64,000 bases of DNA. Origin: Macrostomum lignano (taxonomy: Eukaryota). Location: assembly GCA_002269645.1 (NCBI GenBank), contig NIVC01002414.1, positions 74,938 to 138,937 on the forward strand. The letters run 5' to 3'. A model generated the notes under the pieces. It had not been told where the DNA came from, made no database searches, and saw only the letters and a list, made by a program, of their open reading frames with translations. Positions 23,120 through 38,075 of the stretch are shown in pieces. The stretch's first letter is position 1. Each line of letters opens with the position of its first letter. A program made the position numbers and the translations under genes.

Positions 23120-26100
23120 ATTCCCTGTGTTTCACAGTGTCACTGATTTACACTATCCCCCTGTGTTTCACAGTGTCACTGATTCACACTATCCCCCTGT
23201 GTTTCACAGTGTCACTGATTCACACTATCCCCCTGTGTTTCACGGTGTCACTGATTCACGCTATCCCCCTGTGTTTCACAGTGTCACTGACTCACACTAT
23301 CCCCCTGTGTTTCACAGTGTCACTGATTCACACTATCCCCCTGTGTTTCACAGTGTCACTGATTCACACTATCCCCCTGTGTTTCACGGTGTCACTGATT
23401 CACGCTATCCCCCTGTGTTTCACAGTGTCACTGACTCACACTATCCCCCTGTGTTTCACAGTGTCACTGATTTAAACTATCCCCCTGTGTTTCACAGTGT
23501 CACTGATTCACACTATCCCCCTGTGTTTCACAGTGTCACTGATTCACGCTATTCCCTGTGTTTCACAGTGTCACTGATTCACACTATCCCCCTGTGTTTC
23601 ACGGTGTCACTGATTCACGCTATTCCCTGTGTTTCACAGTGTCACTGATTCACACTATCCCCCTGTGTTTCACAGTGTCACTGATTCACGCTATTTCCTG
23701 TGTTTCACAGTGTCACTGATTCACACTATCCCCCTGTGTTTCACAGTGTCACTGACTCACACTATCCCCCTGTGTTTCACAGTGTCACTGATTCACACTA
23801 TCCCCCTGTGTTTCACAGTGTCACTGACTCACACTATCCCCCTGTGTTTCACAGTGTCACTGATTCACACTATCCCCTGTGTTTCAAGTGTCACTGATTT
23901 AAACTATCCCCTGTGTTTCACAGTGTCACTGATTTACACTATCCCCTGTGTTTCACAGTGTCACTGATTCACACTATCCCCCTGTGTTTCACAGTGTCAC
24001 TGATTCACACTATCCCCTGTGTTTCACAGTGTCACTGATTCACACTATCCCCCTGTGTTTCACAGTGTCACTGATTCACACTATCCCCCTGTGTTTCACA
24101 GTGTCACTGATTTAAACTATCCCCCTGTGTTTCACAGTGTCACTGATTCACACTATTCCCCTGTGTTTCACGGTGTCACTGATTCACGCTATTCCCTGTG
24201 TTTCACAGTGTCACTGATTCACACTATCCCCCTGTGTTTCACGGTGTCACTGATTTACACTATCCCCCTGTGTTTCACAGTGTCACTGATTCACACTATC
24301 CCCCTGTGTTTCACAGTGTCACTGATTCACACTATCCCCCTGTGTTTCAAGTGTCACTGATTCACACTATCCCCCTGTGTTTCACAGTGTCACTGATTCA
24401 CACTATCCCCCTGTGTTTCACAGTGTCACTGATTCACACTATCCCCCTGTGTTTCACAGTGTCACTGATTCACACTATTCCCCTGTGTTTCACAGTGTCA
24501 CTGATTCACACTATCCCCCTGTGTTTCACAGTGTCACTGATTTAAACTATCCCCCTGTGTTTCACAGTGTCACTGATTCACACTATCCCCCTGTGTTTCA
24601 CGGTGTCACTGATTCACGCTATTCCCTGTGTTTCACAGTGTCACTGATTCACACTATCCCCCTGTGTTTCACAGTGTCACTGATTTACACTATCCCCCTG
24701 TGTTTCACAGTGTCACTGATTCACACTATCCCCCTGTGTTTCACAGTGTCACTGATTCACACTATCCCCCTGTGTTTCACAGTGTCACTGATTCACACTA
24801 TCCCCCTGTGTTTCACAGTGTCACTGATTCAACTATCCCCCTGTGTTTCACAGTGTCACTGATCACACTATCCCCTGTGTTTCACAGTGTCACTGATCAC
24901 ACTATCCCCTGTGTTTCACAGTGTCACTGATTCACACTATCCCCTGTGTTTCACAGTGTCACTGATTCACACTATCCCCTGTGTTTCACAGTGTCACTGA
25001 TTCACACTATCCCCTGTGTTTCACAGTGTCACTGATTCACACTATCCCCTGTGTTTCACAGTGTCACTGATTCACACTATCCCCCTGTGTTTCACAGTGT
25101 CACTGATTTAAACTATCCCCCTGTGTTTCACAGTGTCACTGACTCACACTATCCCCCTGTGTTTCACAGTGTCACTGATTCACACTATCCCCCTGTGTTT
25201 CACAGTGTCACTGATTCACACTATCCCCCTGTGTTTCACAGTGTCACTGATTCACGCTATTCCCTGTGTTTCACAGTGTCACTGATTCACACTATCCCCC
25301 TGTGTTTCACAGTGTCACTGATTCACACTATCCCCCTGTGTTTCACAGTGTCACTGATTCACGCTATTCCCTGTGTTTCACAGTGTCACTGATTCACACT
25401 ATCTCCGTGTGTTTCACAGTGTCACTGATTCACACTATCCCTGTGTTTCACAGTGTCACTGATTCACACTATCCCCCTGTGTTTCACAGTGTCACTGATT
25501 CACACTATCCCCCTGTGTTTCACAGTGTCACTGATTCACGCTATTCCCTGTGTTTCACAGTGTCACTGATTTAAACTATCCCCCTGTGTTTCACAGTGTC
25601 ACTGACTCACACTATCCCCCTGTGTTTCACAGTGTCACTGATTCACACTATCCCCCTGTGTTTCACAGTGTCACTGATTCACACTATCCCCCTGTGTTTC
25701 ACAGTGTCACTGATTCACACTATCCCCCTGTGTTTCACAGTGTCACTGATTCACACTATCCCCCTGTGTTTCACAGTGTCACTGATTCAACTATCCCCCT
25801 GTGTTTCACAGTGTCACTGATTCACACTATCCCCCTGTGTTTCACAGTGTCACTGATCACACTATCCCCCTGTGTTTCACAGTGTCACTGATTCACACTA
25901 TCCCCCTGTGTTTCACAGTGTCACTGATTCACACTATCCCCCTGTGTTTCACAGTGTCACTGATTCACACTATCCCCCTGTGTTTCACAGTGTCACTGAT
26001 TCACACTATCCCCCTGTGTTTCACAGTGTCACTGATTCACACTATCCCCCTGTGTTTCACAGTGTCACTGATTCACACTATCCCCCTGTGTTTCACAGTG

Positions 26101-26122
26101 TCACTGATTCACACTATCCCCC
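23120..26122. repeat. 36-bp minisatellite (~3 kb)
   Basis: Unit CTATCCCCCTGTGTTTCACAGTGTCACTGATTCACA, about 84 copies with 34-35-bp variants. No spacers. Confidence 0.98.
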
Positions 26123-26894
26123 ATTCACACATTTACACCATTTCCATAATAAAACGTTCACGTCATTCATACTCAGGCGCGTTCACTATTCACAATAATT
26201 TTCTTGTTCACGGTATTTCCACTCAAATAGATCACTATTTTATGGGTTCCCATTAGTTCTCCTCATTAACTAATTTTACCTGCACTAATGCTATAGTATT
26301 TATTTACAAAGGGGGCATAAATGGTTTACAATGATTAAAAGTGGCAAGCCATGAGGTCTTCATCAATAATTCTATATTCGACTTGACCGTTTTATCCAGA
26401 ACTTCTATAATAATTCATAACTACAATAAAGCTTCAAGATAAGAGCCTAAAAATACACAGACTGCCTTTAATCTGATCTGAGAGATGTACAAGGGGAGAA
26501 AGTGAATTAAGAGGGGAAAAGTTTGGAAGATAGGAAAATGAAGTAATGACCTCTCTTCAGAGGGTTAAAAACAACCTTTCCAAAAGGGCGAATGACTGCC
26601 ATAGTTGTCTTTTATGCCTTATATGCCTTTGAACACACCTGTTGGTGCAGCGGCTGCTATGCATTCTTTGTTTTTCTAATTACCTTTCGAATATGACCTG
26701 TTTAGTCTCTTACAGATGGTTGAAGGTTGTTATCATAGTTAGTTTGCATATTTTATAAGCTTTTATGACTTGCTTGGCTGGCCTCTCTCGAAAAAAAATT
26801 ATGGCTGAAGAGAAAGCATTCGTTTATGGAATTAACACTCAATTAGGGAGGATTCACTGAAACTCTATGAGATTAAGATAATGAGATTGACTAA

Positions 26895-27760
26895 AGAGAC
26901 TGTGAGATTGATTGGATAGATAGTGAGATTGATCGCATATGGGTGTGAGATGATTGGGATACAGTGAGGTTAATCAGAGAGACTGTGAGATTGATAGGAG
27001 AGACTGTGAGATTGATTGGATTAACTGTGAGATTGATTGGGAGAGTGTGACATTGGTTGAGAGACTGTGAGATTGATCGTAGAGACTGTGGGATTGATCG
27101 TAGAGACTCTGAGATTGATTGGAGAGACTGTGAGATTGATTGGATAGACTGTGAGCTTAATCGGAGAGACTGTGAGATTGATCGGATAGACTGTGAGATT
27201 GATTGGATTAACTGTGAGATTGATTGGGAGACTATGAGATTGATTGAGAGACTGTGAGATTGATCGGATAGACTGTGAGATTGATCGGATAGACTGTGAG
27301 ATTGATTGGATAGACTGTGAGATTGAGCAGAGAGACTGTGAGATTGAGCAGAGAGACTGTGAGATTGAGCAGAGAGACTGTGAGATTGATCGGAGAGACT
27401 GTGAGATTGATTGGATAGACTGTGAGATTGATTGGATAGACTGTGAGATTGATTGGATAGACTGTGAGATTGATTGGATTAACTGTGAGATTGATTGGGA
27501 GACTATGAGATTGATTGAGAGACTGTGAGATTGATTGGAGAGACTGTGAGATTGATTGGAGAGACTGTGAGATTGATCGGAGAGACTGTGAGATTGATTG
27601 GAAAGACTGTGAGATTGATTGGATTAACTGTGAGATTGATTGGGAGACTTTGAGATTGATTGGAGAGACTGTGAGATTGATTGGAGAGACTGTGAGATTG
27701 ATTGGAGAGACTGTGAGATTGATCGGAGAGTCTGTGAGATTGATTGGATAGACGGTGAGA
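26895..27760. repeat. 21-bp minisatellite
   Basis: Unit GAGACTGTGAGATTGATTGGA with variants. Confidence 0.95.
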
Positions 27761-28184
27761 TGGTGAAACAGGTGCTCATTGTAAGATAGTGAAGAGCAAA
27801 TCGCAAATTACGCTCGTAAAAGTAAATCGCAATCTATTCACAGTTAATTGCGCCATTTTTGTAGCGTCTTAGTAGCAAAAAATTGAATGGAAATTTCGCA
27901 ACAAGTTTTTTTCGATCAATTAATAGAATGTAGCAGTCAATTTTAATTTCAAGAAAAGCCGACAATTTCAATTGACTGTATCTCGAATATTTTCTAACCG
28001 ATTTCTTCAGTGAAAGAAATTTGATTTCCCTAATTGCGCTGCATCACCTGTTAAGACAGATTAAAGGAATTTGAAAATTGTGAAGAAATTTATTAGTTGC
28101 AAAGCCCTAATTAAGTTTATTATGGTCTTTACTTGAGGTTTGGATGCTGAGATCTGTGCTTTGATGCAAGATAAGGAAAAGAGA

Positions 28185-28910
28185 CAACCAGGGACAAGAG
28201 ATAAGAGACAACCAGAGACAACCAGAGACAACCAGAGACAACCAGAGACAACCAGAGACAACCAGAGACAACCAGAGACAACCAGAGACAACAAGAGGCA
28301 ACCAGAGACAACCAGAGACAACCAGAGACAACCAGAGACAACAAGAGGCAACCAGAGACAATCAGTCACAACTTGAGACAATCAGTCACAACTTGAGACA
28401 ACCAGAGGCAACCAGAGACAACCAGAGACTACAAGAGGCAACCAGAGACAACAAGAGGCAACCAGAGACAATCAGTCACAACTTGAGACAATCAGTCACA
28501 ACTTGAGACAACCAGAGACAACCAGAGACAACCAGAGACTACAAGAGGCAACCAGAGACAACCAGAGACTACAAGAGGCAACCAGAGACAACCAGTGACA
28601 ACTTGAGACAATCAGAGTTAAGAGACAACCAGAGACAACCAGAGACAACCAGAGACAACCAGAGACAACCAGAGACAACCAGAGACAACCAGAGACAACC
28701 AGAGACAACCAGAGACAACCAGAGACAACCAGAGACAACCAGAGGCAACCAGAGACAACCAGAGACAACCAGAGACAACCAGAGACAACCAGAAGCAACA
28801 AGAACAAGAGACAACCAGAGACAACCAGAGACAACCAGAGACAACCAGAGACAACCAGAGACAACCAGAGACAACCAGAAGCAACAAGAACAAGAGACAA
28901 CCAGAGACAA
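28185..28910. repeat. 10-bp tandem repeat
   Basis: (GAGACAACCA)n with interspersed ACAAGAGGCA and ATCAGTCACAACTT variants. Confidence 0.96.
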
Positions 28911-29548
28911 GAGGCCACCAAAAATGGACTGCACAATCGAGCAGAACGCGGACTTATCAGGTGAACTACCAGAAGAAGGCTGCATCATACACAGAGGCAT
29001 CGCTAAATACGGCCATAAGAGAGAAGTTCGAACTTACTGACCAAACAAAAAGAATGAAAAATGAACCAGAATTGATAAAAGTAGACATAATGGTTGGAGC
29101 AGCCACGCCGCTACGAACTCGAGAGAAAAGTTGCCGTCATTTTACATTGCCTGTTTGGCGCCAGACACCTGGAGTGCGCCCACTTCCCGACTTCGAGTGC
29201 CGCCCCCCCCCCCCGGTCGTTGCGCTGTCGAATTTTCGCTAAAAAAAGGCTTGGAAGATTCGAAGTAACGGGACTTGGGAGGGGAAGAGAAAGAGACGCA
29301 ACGAGGCGGGCGAAACAGTTTGGCCCCATCATTTATCGCGCATGCAGGTTCAAGGTCGAATTATCTCTCTTGGGAAGCTGCGGCGGCAAACAATTTTTGG
29401 CGCATTTTTCTGCATTTTTGCCTTTGTTTTTCTTCTGCTTTCGATATTTGGGGTGTTCAAGCGAAAACCACTGGATCTTTCAGGCAGAAATTAATTGAAT
29501 CTATTCTATAGATCCTCCCTCTATGGATATTCTATAGATATGGATCTA

Positions 29549-30367
<819 letters not shown>

Positions 30368-31604
30368 GTCTATCTATGCATGCTGCAGCTCCTCATACTG
30401 CCAAGGAATCAAATGCTTGATGCCATGCTTAAAAACCGTCAAGAACAGCTTTTCGACGGCAGGCAGCTTTCCAAACCAGGCATCTTGGTGCGGTGTGGGG
30501 GTGGCCTTCCATCTCCCGACCAGGGGGGGGGGGGGGCTTGTCTTATTCCCCTCTCCATCAAGATACCAAACTGCGGTGGGCTGCATCCACGCAGACGAGG
30601 GATATCAGCATGTGTGCCTGCGTACGGATATGTTTGTGTGCGCATCACCCAGCGTTCCATTTCTCTCCTCTCCTCCCTCCCTGTTTTGCATTCTCGCAGC
30701 GCGTTGGACCGATCCAGTTTTATCCCAAAAATCGCCAATGCCCGTGCTTGAATAAATTGCAATTCTATCTCGGGGGCGGCGGCTTAGGCAGCCTCTGTCC
30801 CTCTCCAGCTTCCCCTCCCCATCATCAGCATCATCTGAGAAGTTGCCGCTCGACTTTGACTTGCCTAGCCTATATAGCCTGGCGTTGGTTATTTTTTTAT
30901 TGTAAATTCGACAAGCCAAAGGCGGAGATGATCGCGGGACAGGAGGGGAGGCCCTGGGATAAGAGGAGCCTGAGATGCTCGATGGATAGAACGAGAGCGG
31001 GCTGGGATTAGGGATCTAGATGCGTGTGATGGGGTGTCCGAGAGGAGCCTGCATCAGACTCCCATCTCCCTCTCACTCTCGCTCGCATCGCTCTCAGCAG
31101 CTCCTTGGGGCCATTACGGGATGAGGGCAGTTGAGTTCTGCACCGACTACGCTGTGGCGGCAGCACAGCGGTGGCCACTTTTATCCCAGCGGCCGACCCA
31201 CGAGGCCCCCGGGGCCACTTTGCTGCTTCCAGCGTCCTCCTGCCCCATCTCCACTCCCCTTAATTCTAGCTCAGCCTCCGTGGCTCTCTCCCTCCCTCTA
31301 TCAGCTCTTCTCTTCTCTAGGGTGCTCATTTATTTAACGTCAAAATTGCCTTTACTCTCCCACCATCCCATCTCTCAGGGCTCATCTCATAGCGCTCAGT
31401 TCTTTTGAGGCTACTCCTCCTCCTCCATCTCTCTCCATCGCTGCGGACTTCTCACTTTTTGGACTCAACTCTTTTTCTAACGTGGGTGGTTTCAGTGCCT
31501 ATCAGTTCGACTCGGCTGACTTTGTTATAGTTTGTCCTATGCATGCAGTTTGCGGGGAGACCGCCGACTAGAGCTGGGTCTGGATTGATGCACTCGGCGG
31601 CGAT

Positions 31605-31965
31605 CGGCTGGGCGCGCCAAACATGGAATTCGGGGGCGCCAAACTGGGAATCGGAGGGCGCCAAACTGGGAATTCGAGGGGCGCCAAACTGGGAATTCGG
31701 GGGGCGACAAACTGGGAACTGAGGGGCGCTTAACTTTGAATTAAGGGAGCGCCAAACTGGGAATCGGGTGAGGGCGCCAAACTGGGAACTGAGGGGGCGC
31801 CAAACTGGGAATTGTGGGGGCGCCAAACTGAGAATTGAGGGGGCGCCAAACTTCGAATTGAGGGGGCGCCAAACTGGGAATTGGGTGGGGGCGCCAAACT
31901 GAGAATTGAGGGGGCGCCAAACTGGGTATTGGGTGGGGGCGCCAAACTGGGAATCGGGTGGGGGC
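31605..31965. repeat. ~21-bp G-rich tandem repeat with GGCGCCAAA core
   Basis: GGGGGCGCCAAACTGGGAATT variants, about 15 copies. Confidence 0.9.
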
Positions 31966-32004
31966 GCTTATTTAAGCAACTCAACTCAAGCTTAGTATAT
32001 AAGT

Positions 32005-32260
32005 AACTCTGAGTAACTCAGGCGCCAACTCTGAGTAACTCAGGCGCCAACTCTGAGTAACTCAGGCGCCAACTCTGAGTAACTCAGGCGCCAACTCTGA
32101 GTAACTCAGGCGCCAACTCTGAGTAACTCAGGCGCCAACTCTGAGTAACTCAGGCGCCAACTCTGAGTAACTCAGGCGCCAATTCTGAGTAATTCAAGCG
32201 CCAATTCTGAGTAACTCAGGCGCCAATTCTGAGTAACTCAGGCGCCAATTCTGAGTAACT
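32005..32260. repeat. 22-bp tandem repeat containing a 13-bp palindrome
   Basis: Unit CTCTGAGTAACTCAGGCGCCAA, about 11 copies. CTGAGT-A-ACTCAG is a perfect inverted repeat. Confidence 0.95.
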
Positions 32261-33329
32261 GAGTCTTCAGCAGCTCAAACTGCATTGAAATTCTCCCAAA
32301 ACTACTCCTAATCCAGCAGCAAAAAAGTACTTCCACTTGGGCGCTTGAAGCGTCACTTTTCTATTGGATTGCCACTTGAAAATTTTTAATTAACGTGCTT
32401 AACACTTATGGCGATCCCACTCAATATTATAATAGCGCTGATCTTTTCTTAACATGGATCCTTGACAAAAGAATTGGGCTCATTATGAGTTCACGCGCGC
32501 ACAGTGTTGTCAATGGAGGGAGGCTAGGGAGAGAGAGAGAGAGAGGGGGCTGGATGGATGGGGCTTGTTCGCACCCCACCCCCGGTGCGCCTCCAAGCGG
32601 ACTAAAAAGAAGATTCAAAATAAGGGGGGCGCAACTCTATACCAAGGAGACCCCAGACTAAGAAACTAGATTTACAACTACATGTTATTACTCAATCTGT
32701 AGGCTGATGCAGGCTCACCGCAGAGCATCCCACCCATTCCACTGACTTCCGAGCACATGCATGTACAAGCGCAACAATACTGTACATGTACTGCGGCTCT
32801 GACTTTCTAATCATTTCTCTGTGACTTGGAGGCTGGCTAAGTAACTCACGGGTGTGAATCACACACGTCAAACAATCAGAAATAATACAATCAGCCTACA
32901 ATGGCGTCTGTTAGTTAGGCGGTTTCGCTGTTAGAGTCCAGCATCTGGGTGTCCGGGTTGTTATTAAATGCTTACGATTTATTTTAAGCGGTACTCAAAA
33001 GCATTCATTTAAGACGCCGATAGTTTATGGCTCAGGCAGTTAATGTACCCGCGAAGGCTTTAAAAAAACCATTTTAAAAGCAACGACCATCTTTGTGGCG
33101 GAGCGGTCGGGTTATAATTATGAAGTGATGTGAATTGTAGGTGTTCTCACAGCTAACTATTAAAGTCTGTTTCTTAACTGCCCGCATTGTTATTTTTGTC
33201 TTAATGGTTGAAATATTGAGACATTCCTTTAGGTTACAGTTTATTCATTTTTTATTGCCGCGTATTGCGATTCAAAAAAGTTTTTTTTAGTTTAAGCCAT
33301 TTCCAAGTTATTGAATTATGAAAAACTTA

Positions 33330-34050
33330 AGTTGTTGCTAAGTGGATTAAGAGTTGTTGCTAAGTGGATTGAGAGTTGTTGCTAAGTGGATTGGGAGTTG
33401 TTGTTGCTAAGTGGATTGAGAGTTGTTGCTAAGTGGATTGAGAGTTGTTGCTAAGTAGATTGAGAGTTGTTGCTAAGTGGATTGAGAGTTGTTGCTAAGT
33501 GGATTGGGAGTTGTTGTTGCTAAGTGGATTGAGAGTTGTTGCTAAGTGGATTGAGAGTTGTTGCTAAGTAGATTGAGAGTTGTTGCTAAGTGGATTGAGA
33601 GTTGTTGCTAAGTGGATTGGGAGTTGTTGCTAAGTAGATTGAGAGTTTTTGCTTAGTGGATTGGGAGTTGTTGTTGCTAAGTGGATTGGGAGTTGTTGCT
33701 AAGTGGATTGAGAGTTGTTGCTAAGTAGATTGAGAGTTGTTGCTTTTGAGTTGTTGTTGCTTAGTGGATTGGGAGTTGTTGTTGCTAAGTGGATTGGGAG
33801 TTGTTGCTAAGTGGATTGGGAGTTGTTGCTAAGTGGATTGGGAGTTGTTGTTGCTAAGTGGATTGGGAGTTGTTGTTGCTTAGTGGATTGGGAGTTGTTG
33901 TTGATAAGTGGATTGAGAGTTGTTGTTGATAAGTGGATTGGGAGTTGTTGTTGCTTAGTGGATTGGGAGTTGTTGTTGCTAAGTGGATTGGGAGTTGTTG
34001 TTGCTTAGTGGATTGGGAGTTGTTGTTGCTAAGTGGATTGGGAGTTGTTG
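33330..34050. repeat. 22/25-bp minisatellite
   Basis: GCTAAGTGGATTG(A/G)GAGTTGTT(GTT). Confidence 0.95.
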
Positions 34051-34539
34051 CTAAAGAATTTTTAAAGATAATCTTACCCAAAAGTGAATGAAATTGCTCT
34101 AAAAGTTCTCTGCCTTTGTGTATCATTAACAGGTAAGCAAGTTCCCGTTTGTGCCGTAGTAAATCAATAAAGAAATTCGAGTAATTCTAGTGTCGAAATA
34201 GCAGCATAAATTTGTCCAATCGATTTACACTAAACAATGTTTCTCTAAGTCGTTTGTGAAAGTCTAACTAACTGACTTTAAAGGTTATTGAACACTTACC
34301 AAGTCAGATAATGTTTAATAAGTAAGTTAAGTCGGGACAGATACTCTGGATTAAGTTGACAACAGCAGGTAGCACTTTGCCGGATCGACCGCTCGACCAT
34401 TTAATTGTTAATTTTTTCGAGCCTGTGGTCTGCTCGGCTGAAATATCAACGTGGGTTGATTTTATTTGTATGATGCATTGCTGCTTAGGCTGTTATGATT
34501 GATAGTTTTTTGGGGTCAGTGTGTGCGGCTTTTTTACCG

Positions 34540-35115
34540 CCTAATGTACATGGGTGTGAGAGAGGCGTGCGTGGCTTTTATACCGACTAATGTACATGGG
34601 TGTGAGAGAGGCGTGCGTGGCTTTTATTACCGCCTATGTACATGGGTGTGAGAGAGGCGTGCGTGGCTTTTATTACCGCCTATGTACATGGGTGGGAGAG
34701 AGGCGTGCGTGGCTTTTATTACCGCCTATGTACATGGGTGGGAGAGAGGCGTGCGTGGCTTTTATTACCGCCTATGTACATGGGTGTGAGAGAGGCGTGC
34801 GTGGCTTTTATTACCGACTAATGTACATGGGTGTGAGAGAGGCGTGCATGGCTTTTATTACCGCCTAATATACATGGGTGTGAAGGATGCGTGCGTGGCT
34901 TTTATTACCGACTAATGTACATGGGTGTGAGAGAGGCGTGCGTGGCTTTTATTACCGACTAATGTACATGGGTGGGAGAGAGGCGTGCGTGGCTTTTATT
35001 ACCGACTAATGTACATGGGTGTGAGAGAGGCGTGCGTGGCTTTTATTACCGACTAATGTACATGGGTGTGAGAGAGGCGTGCGTGGCTTTTATTACTGCC
35101 TAATGTACATGGGTC
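34540..35115. repeat. 46/47-bp minisatellite
   Basis: ATGTACATGGGTGTGAGAGAGGCGTGCGTGGCTTTTATTACCGCCT, about 12 copies. Confidence 0.95.
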
Positions 35116-35809
35116 AGAGAAGGTTATCAATGCCCCGCGGAGTGTGCTGAATGCCATGCTACTCGCACAGAGTGCAAACAAGCCATCTAGATCGGGCATG
35201 AATTTTTACTTTATCTTATTTCTCAGGAAAACAAGCAAGCAGCAAGCCAGTCAGGTCAGTTCTCAGCCACAAATTCTTTTCCTCACTCATCTGGCTGCGT
35301 CTCTATTCCCTCCTCTCTCTCTCATCTCTCTCATCTCTCCCAGTCGCCCGACCCCTCCCATTTTGCTTCATCCGGCCTGGCGACTCATCAAGTTCGGACG
35401 ACTCAACCAACGTGTTTTGATGGAATTAGGCGGCCTAGGTCTCCGGGCCTCGTTAGAAGGGAAGAAAAGGAAGAAGCAGACGCGAGAGCCAAGCCGAAAC
35501 TTCGCTGGCTCCCTGCCGAACTGTCCACCCCTCCGAGCCTTGCGCGCCCAAATGCGACTTTGGCGGCGGCAGCTACGCGCCTCTGTCTTCTTCTTTTTCT
35601 CTCCTCTACGGCCTGAAAACTCTTCTGCTCCTCTCTGTGAGGCCTGTGCCGACAGGCCCCATTACACCATTCATCCTTGTACGAGGGAAAATGACACACA
35701 TTCCTCAATGCCATGGCTTTGTGGGGGCCTGTAAAGGGGCCTGCTGTCCACTTTTCTGGTTGGGACCATGGGATCCTAGGCTGATTCACTCACTCACTCA
35801 CTTGTTCAC

Positions 35810-36330
35810 TCACTCACTCAGTCATCTGTTCACTCACCAACTTTCTCTCTTGTTGAATCACTCAGTCATCTGTTCACTCACCAACTTTCTCTCTTGTTGA
35901 ATCACTCAATCATCTGTTCACTCACCAACTTTCTCTCTTGTTGAATCACTCAATCATCTGTTCACTCACCAACTTTCTTACTTGTTGAATCACTCAGTCA
36001 TCTGTTCACTCACCAACTTTCTCTCTTGTTGAATCACTCAGTCATCTGTTCACTCACCAACTTTCTCTCTTGTTGAATCACTCAATCATCTGTTCACTCA
36101 CCAACTTTCTCTCTTGTTGAATCACTCAATCATCTGTTCACTCACCAACTTTCTCTCTTGTTGAATCACTCAATCATCTGTTCACTCACCAACTTTCTCT
36201 CTTGTTGAATCACTCAATCATCTGTTCACTCACCAACTTTCTCTCTTGTTGAATCACTCAGTCATCTGTTCACTCACCAACTTTCTCTCTTGTTGAATCA
36301 CTCAATCATCTGTTCACTCACCAACTTTCT
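35810..36330. repeat. 44-bp minisatellite flanked by (CACT)n
   Basis: CACTCAATCATCTGTTCACTCACCAACTTTCTCTCTTGTTGAAT, about 12 copies. Confidence 0.95.
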
Positions 36331-36899
36331 CTCTCACTCACTTGCTCATTCACACACTCACTCACTCACTCACAAAAAGCGGATGCAAACGTTTTCTCCA
36401 GAAAAATCCAAATGCTGTTCAACAATAGCAAAAAAGGCAGAAATTGCGCGCAAAAGTTTCGGCATAAACAAAGCGGCTTATTGGCTTTCAAGTCTGTTTT
36501 AGAGGGCAAAATTTCTTATTTTTCCAACAGAAGCCAAACTATCCAGCGAATGGCGTTCATATTGTCAGAGAGGTTGATACGAAGTTTCGCAATACTGCAG
36601 CTACAGTAATCACCCGTCTATACAATTTTTTGTTTGAGTAAACAATTATAAAATTATAGAAATTCTGTTGCAATGAATTTATCTGATCATTTTTTCAGAT
36701 TCTGAATTTTTTATTTTCCGTCTTCCAGCTATTTTTGTAGACTAAACTGTCTATCGTAATTTTTTTCTGTAGCTTTGGTAATATCTTTGAGAGATAATTT
36801 CAAAAGTGTGTTGACTATTGAAAAGTACTTTGTAATGGAAGGTTGCTGAAGCAATGGCAGTTGAAGGGATGAAGTGTTGATTGGGGAATCGAAAAATCT

Positions 36900-38075
36900 G
36901 GGGTAGATGGGAGATGAGAGGTAAAATGGAAAGCAGGTGGGAGATGAGAGGGAAATTAGGGAGTAGTAGGGAGATAAGAGGAAGATTGGAAAGTAGATGG
37001 GAGATGAGAGGGAGATTAGGAAGTTGAATGGGAGGTGAGAAGTAGACTAGGAAGTAGATGGGAGATAAGAAGGAGATTGGGGAGTACAAGGGAGATGAGA
37101 GGTAGATTAGGGAGTAAAAGTGAGATGAGAGGGAGATTAGGGAGTCGAAGGGAGATAAGAGGGATATTGGGAAGTAGATGGGAGACGAGAAGTCGACAAG
37201 GAAATAGATGGAAGGTTAGAAGTAGACAGGGAAGTAGATGGGAGATAAAAATTAGACAGGGAAGTAGATTGGAGATGAGAAGTAGACTGGGAAGTAGATA
37301 AGAGACAAGAATTAGACAGGGAAGTAGATGGGAGACGAGAAGTCGACAAGGAAATAGATGAAAGGTTAGAATTAGACTGGGAAGTAGAATGGGAGATGAG
37401 AAGTAGACAGGGAAGTAGATGGGAGATGAGAAGTTGACAGGGAAGTAGATGGGAGATCAGAAGTAGACTGGGAAGTAGAATGGGAGGTGAGAAGTAGACA
37501 GGGAAGTAACTGGGAGATGAGAAGTAGACTGGGAAGTAGATGGAAGGTTATAAGTAGACAGGGAAGTAGATGGGAGATGAGAAGTAGACAGGGAAGTAGA
37601 TGGGAGATGAGAAGTAGACAGGGAAGTAGCTGGGAGATGAGAAGTAGACTGGGAAGTAGATGGAAGGTTATAAGTAGACAGGGAAGTAGATGGGAGATGA
37701 GAAGTGGACAGGGAAGTAGATGGAAGGTTATAAGTAGACAGGGAAGTAGATGGGAGATGAGAAGTGGACAGGGAAGAAGATGGGAGATGAGAAGTAGACA
37801 GGGAAGTAGCTGGGAGATGAGAAGTAGACTGGAAAGTAGATGGAAGGTTATAAGTAGACAGGGAAGTAGATGGGAGATGAGAAGTGGACAGGGAAGTAGA
37901 TGGGAGATGAGAAGTAGACAGGGAAGTAGCTGGGAGATGAGAAGTAGACTGGGAAGTAGATGGAAGGTTATAAGTAGACAGGGAAGTAGCTGGGAGATGA
38001 GAAGTAGACTGGGAAGTAGATGGAAGGTTATAAGTAGACAGGGAAGTAGCTGGGAGATGAGAAGTAGACAGGGAA
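36900..38075. repeat. 30-bp purine-rich minisatellite
   Basis: GGGAAGTAGATGGGAGATGAGAAGTAGACA. It is degenerate on the left and homogeneous on the right. Confidence 0.95.

Noticed and set aside
23120-26122. CRISPR-like 36-bp repeat length
   Set aside because: Units are head-to-tail with no spacers, there are no cas genes, and the context is eukaryotic.
28961-29100. Short peptide NYQKKAASYTEASLNTAI resembling a pipsqueak/pogo HTH start
   Set aside because: The similarity is only about 20 aa and no DDE domain or TIR follows.
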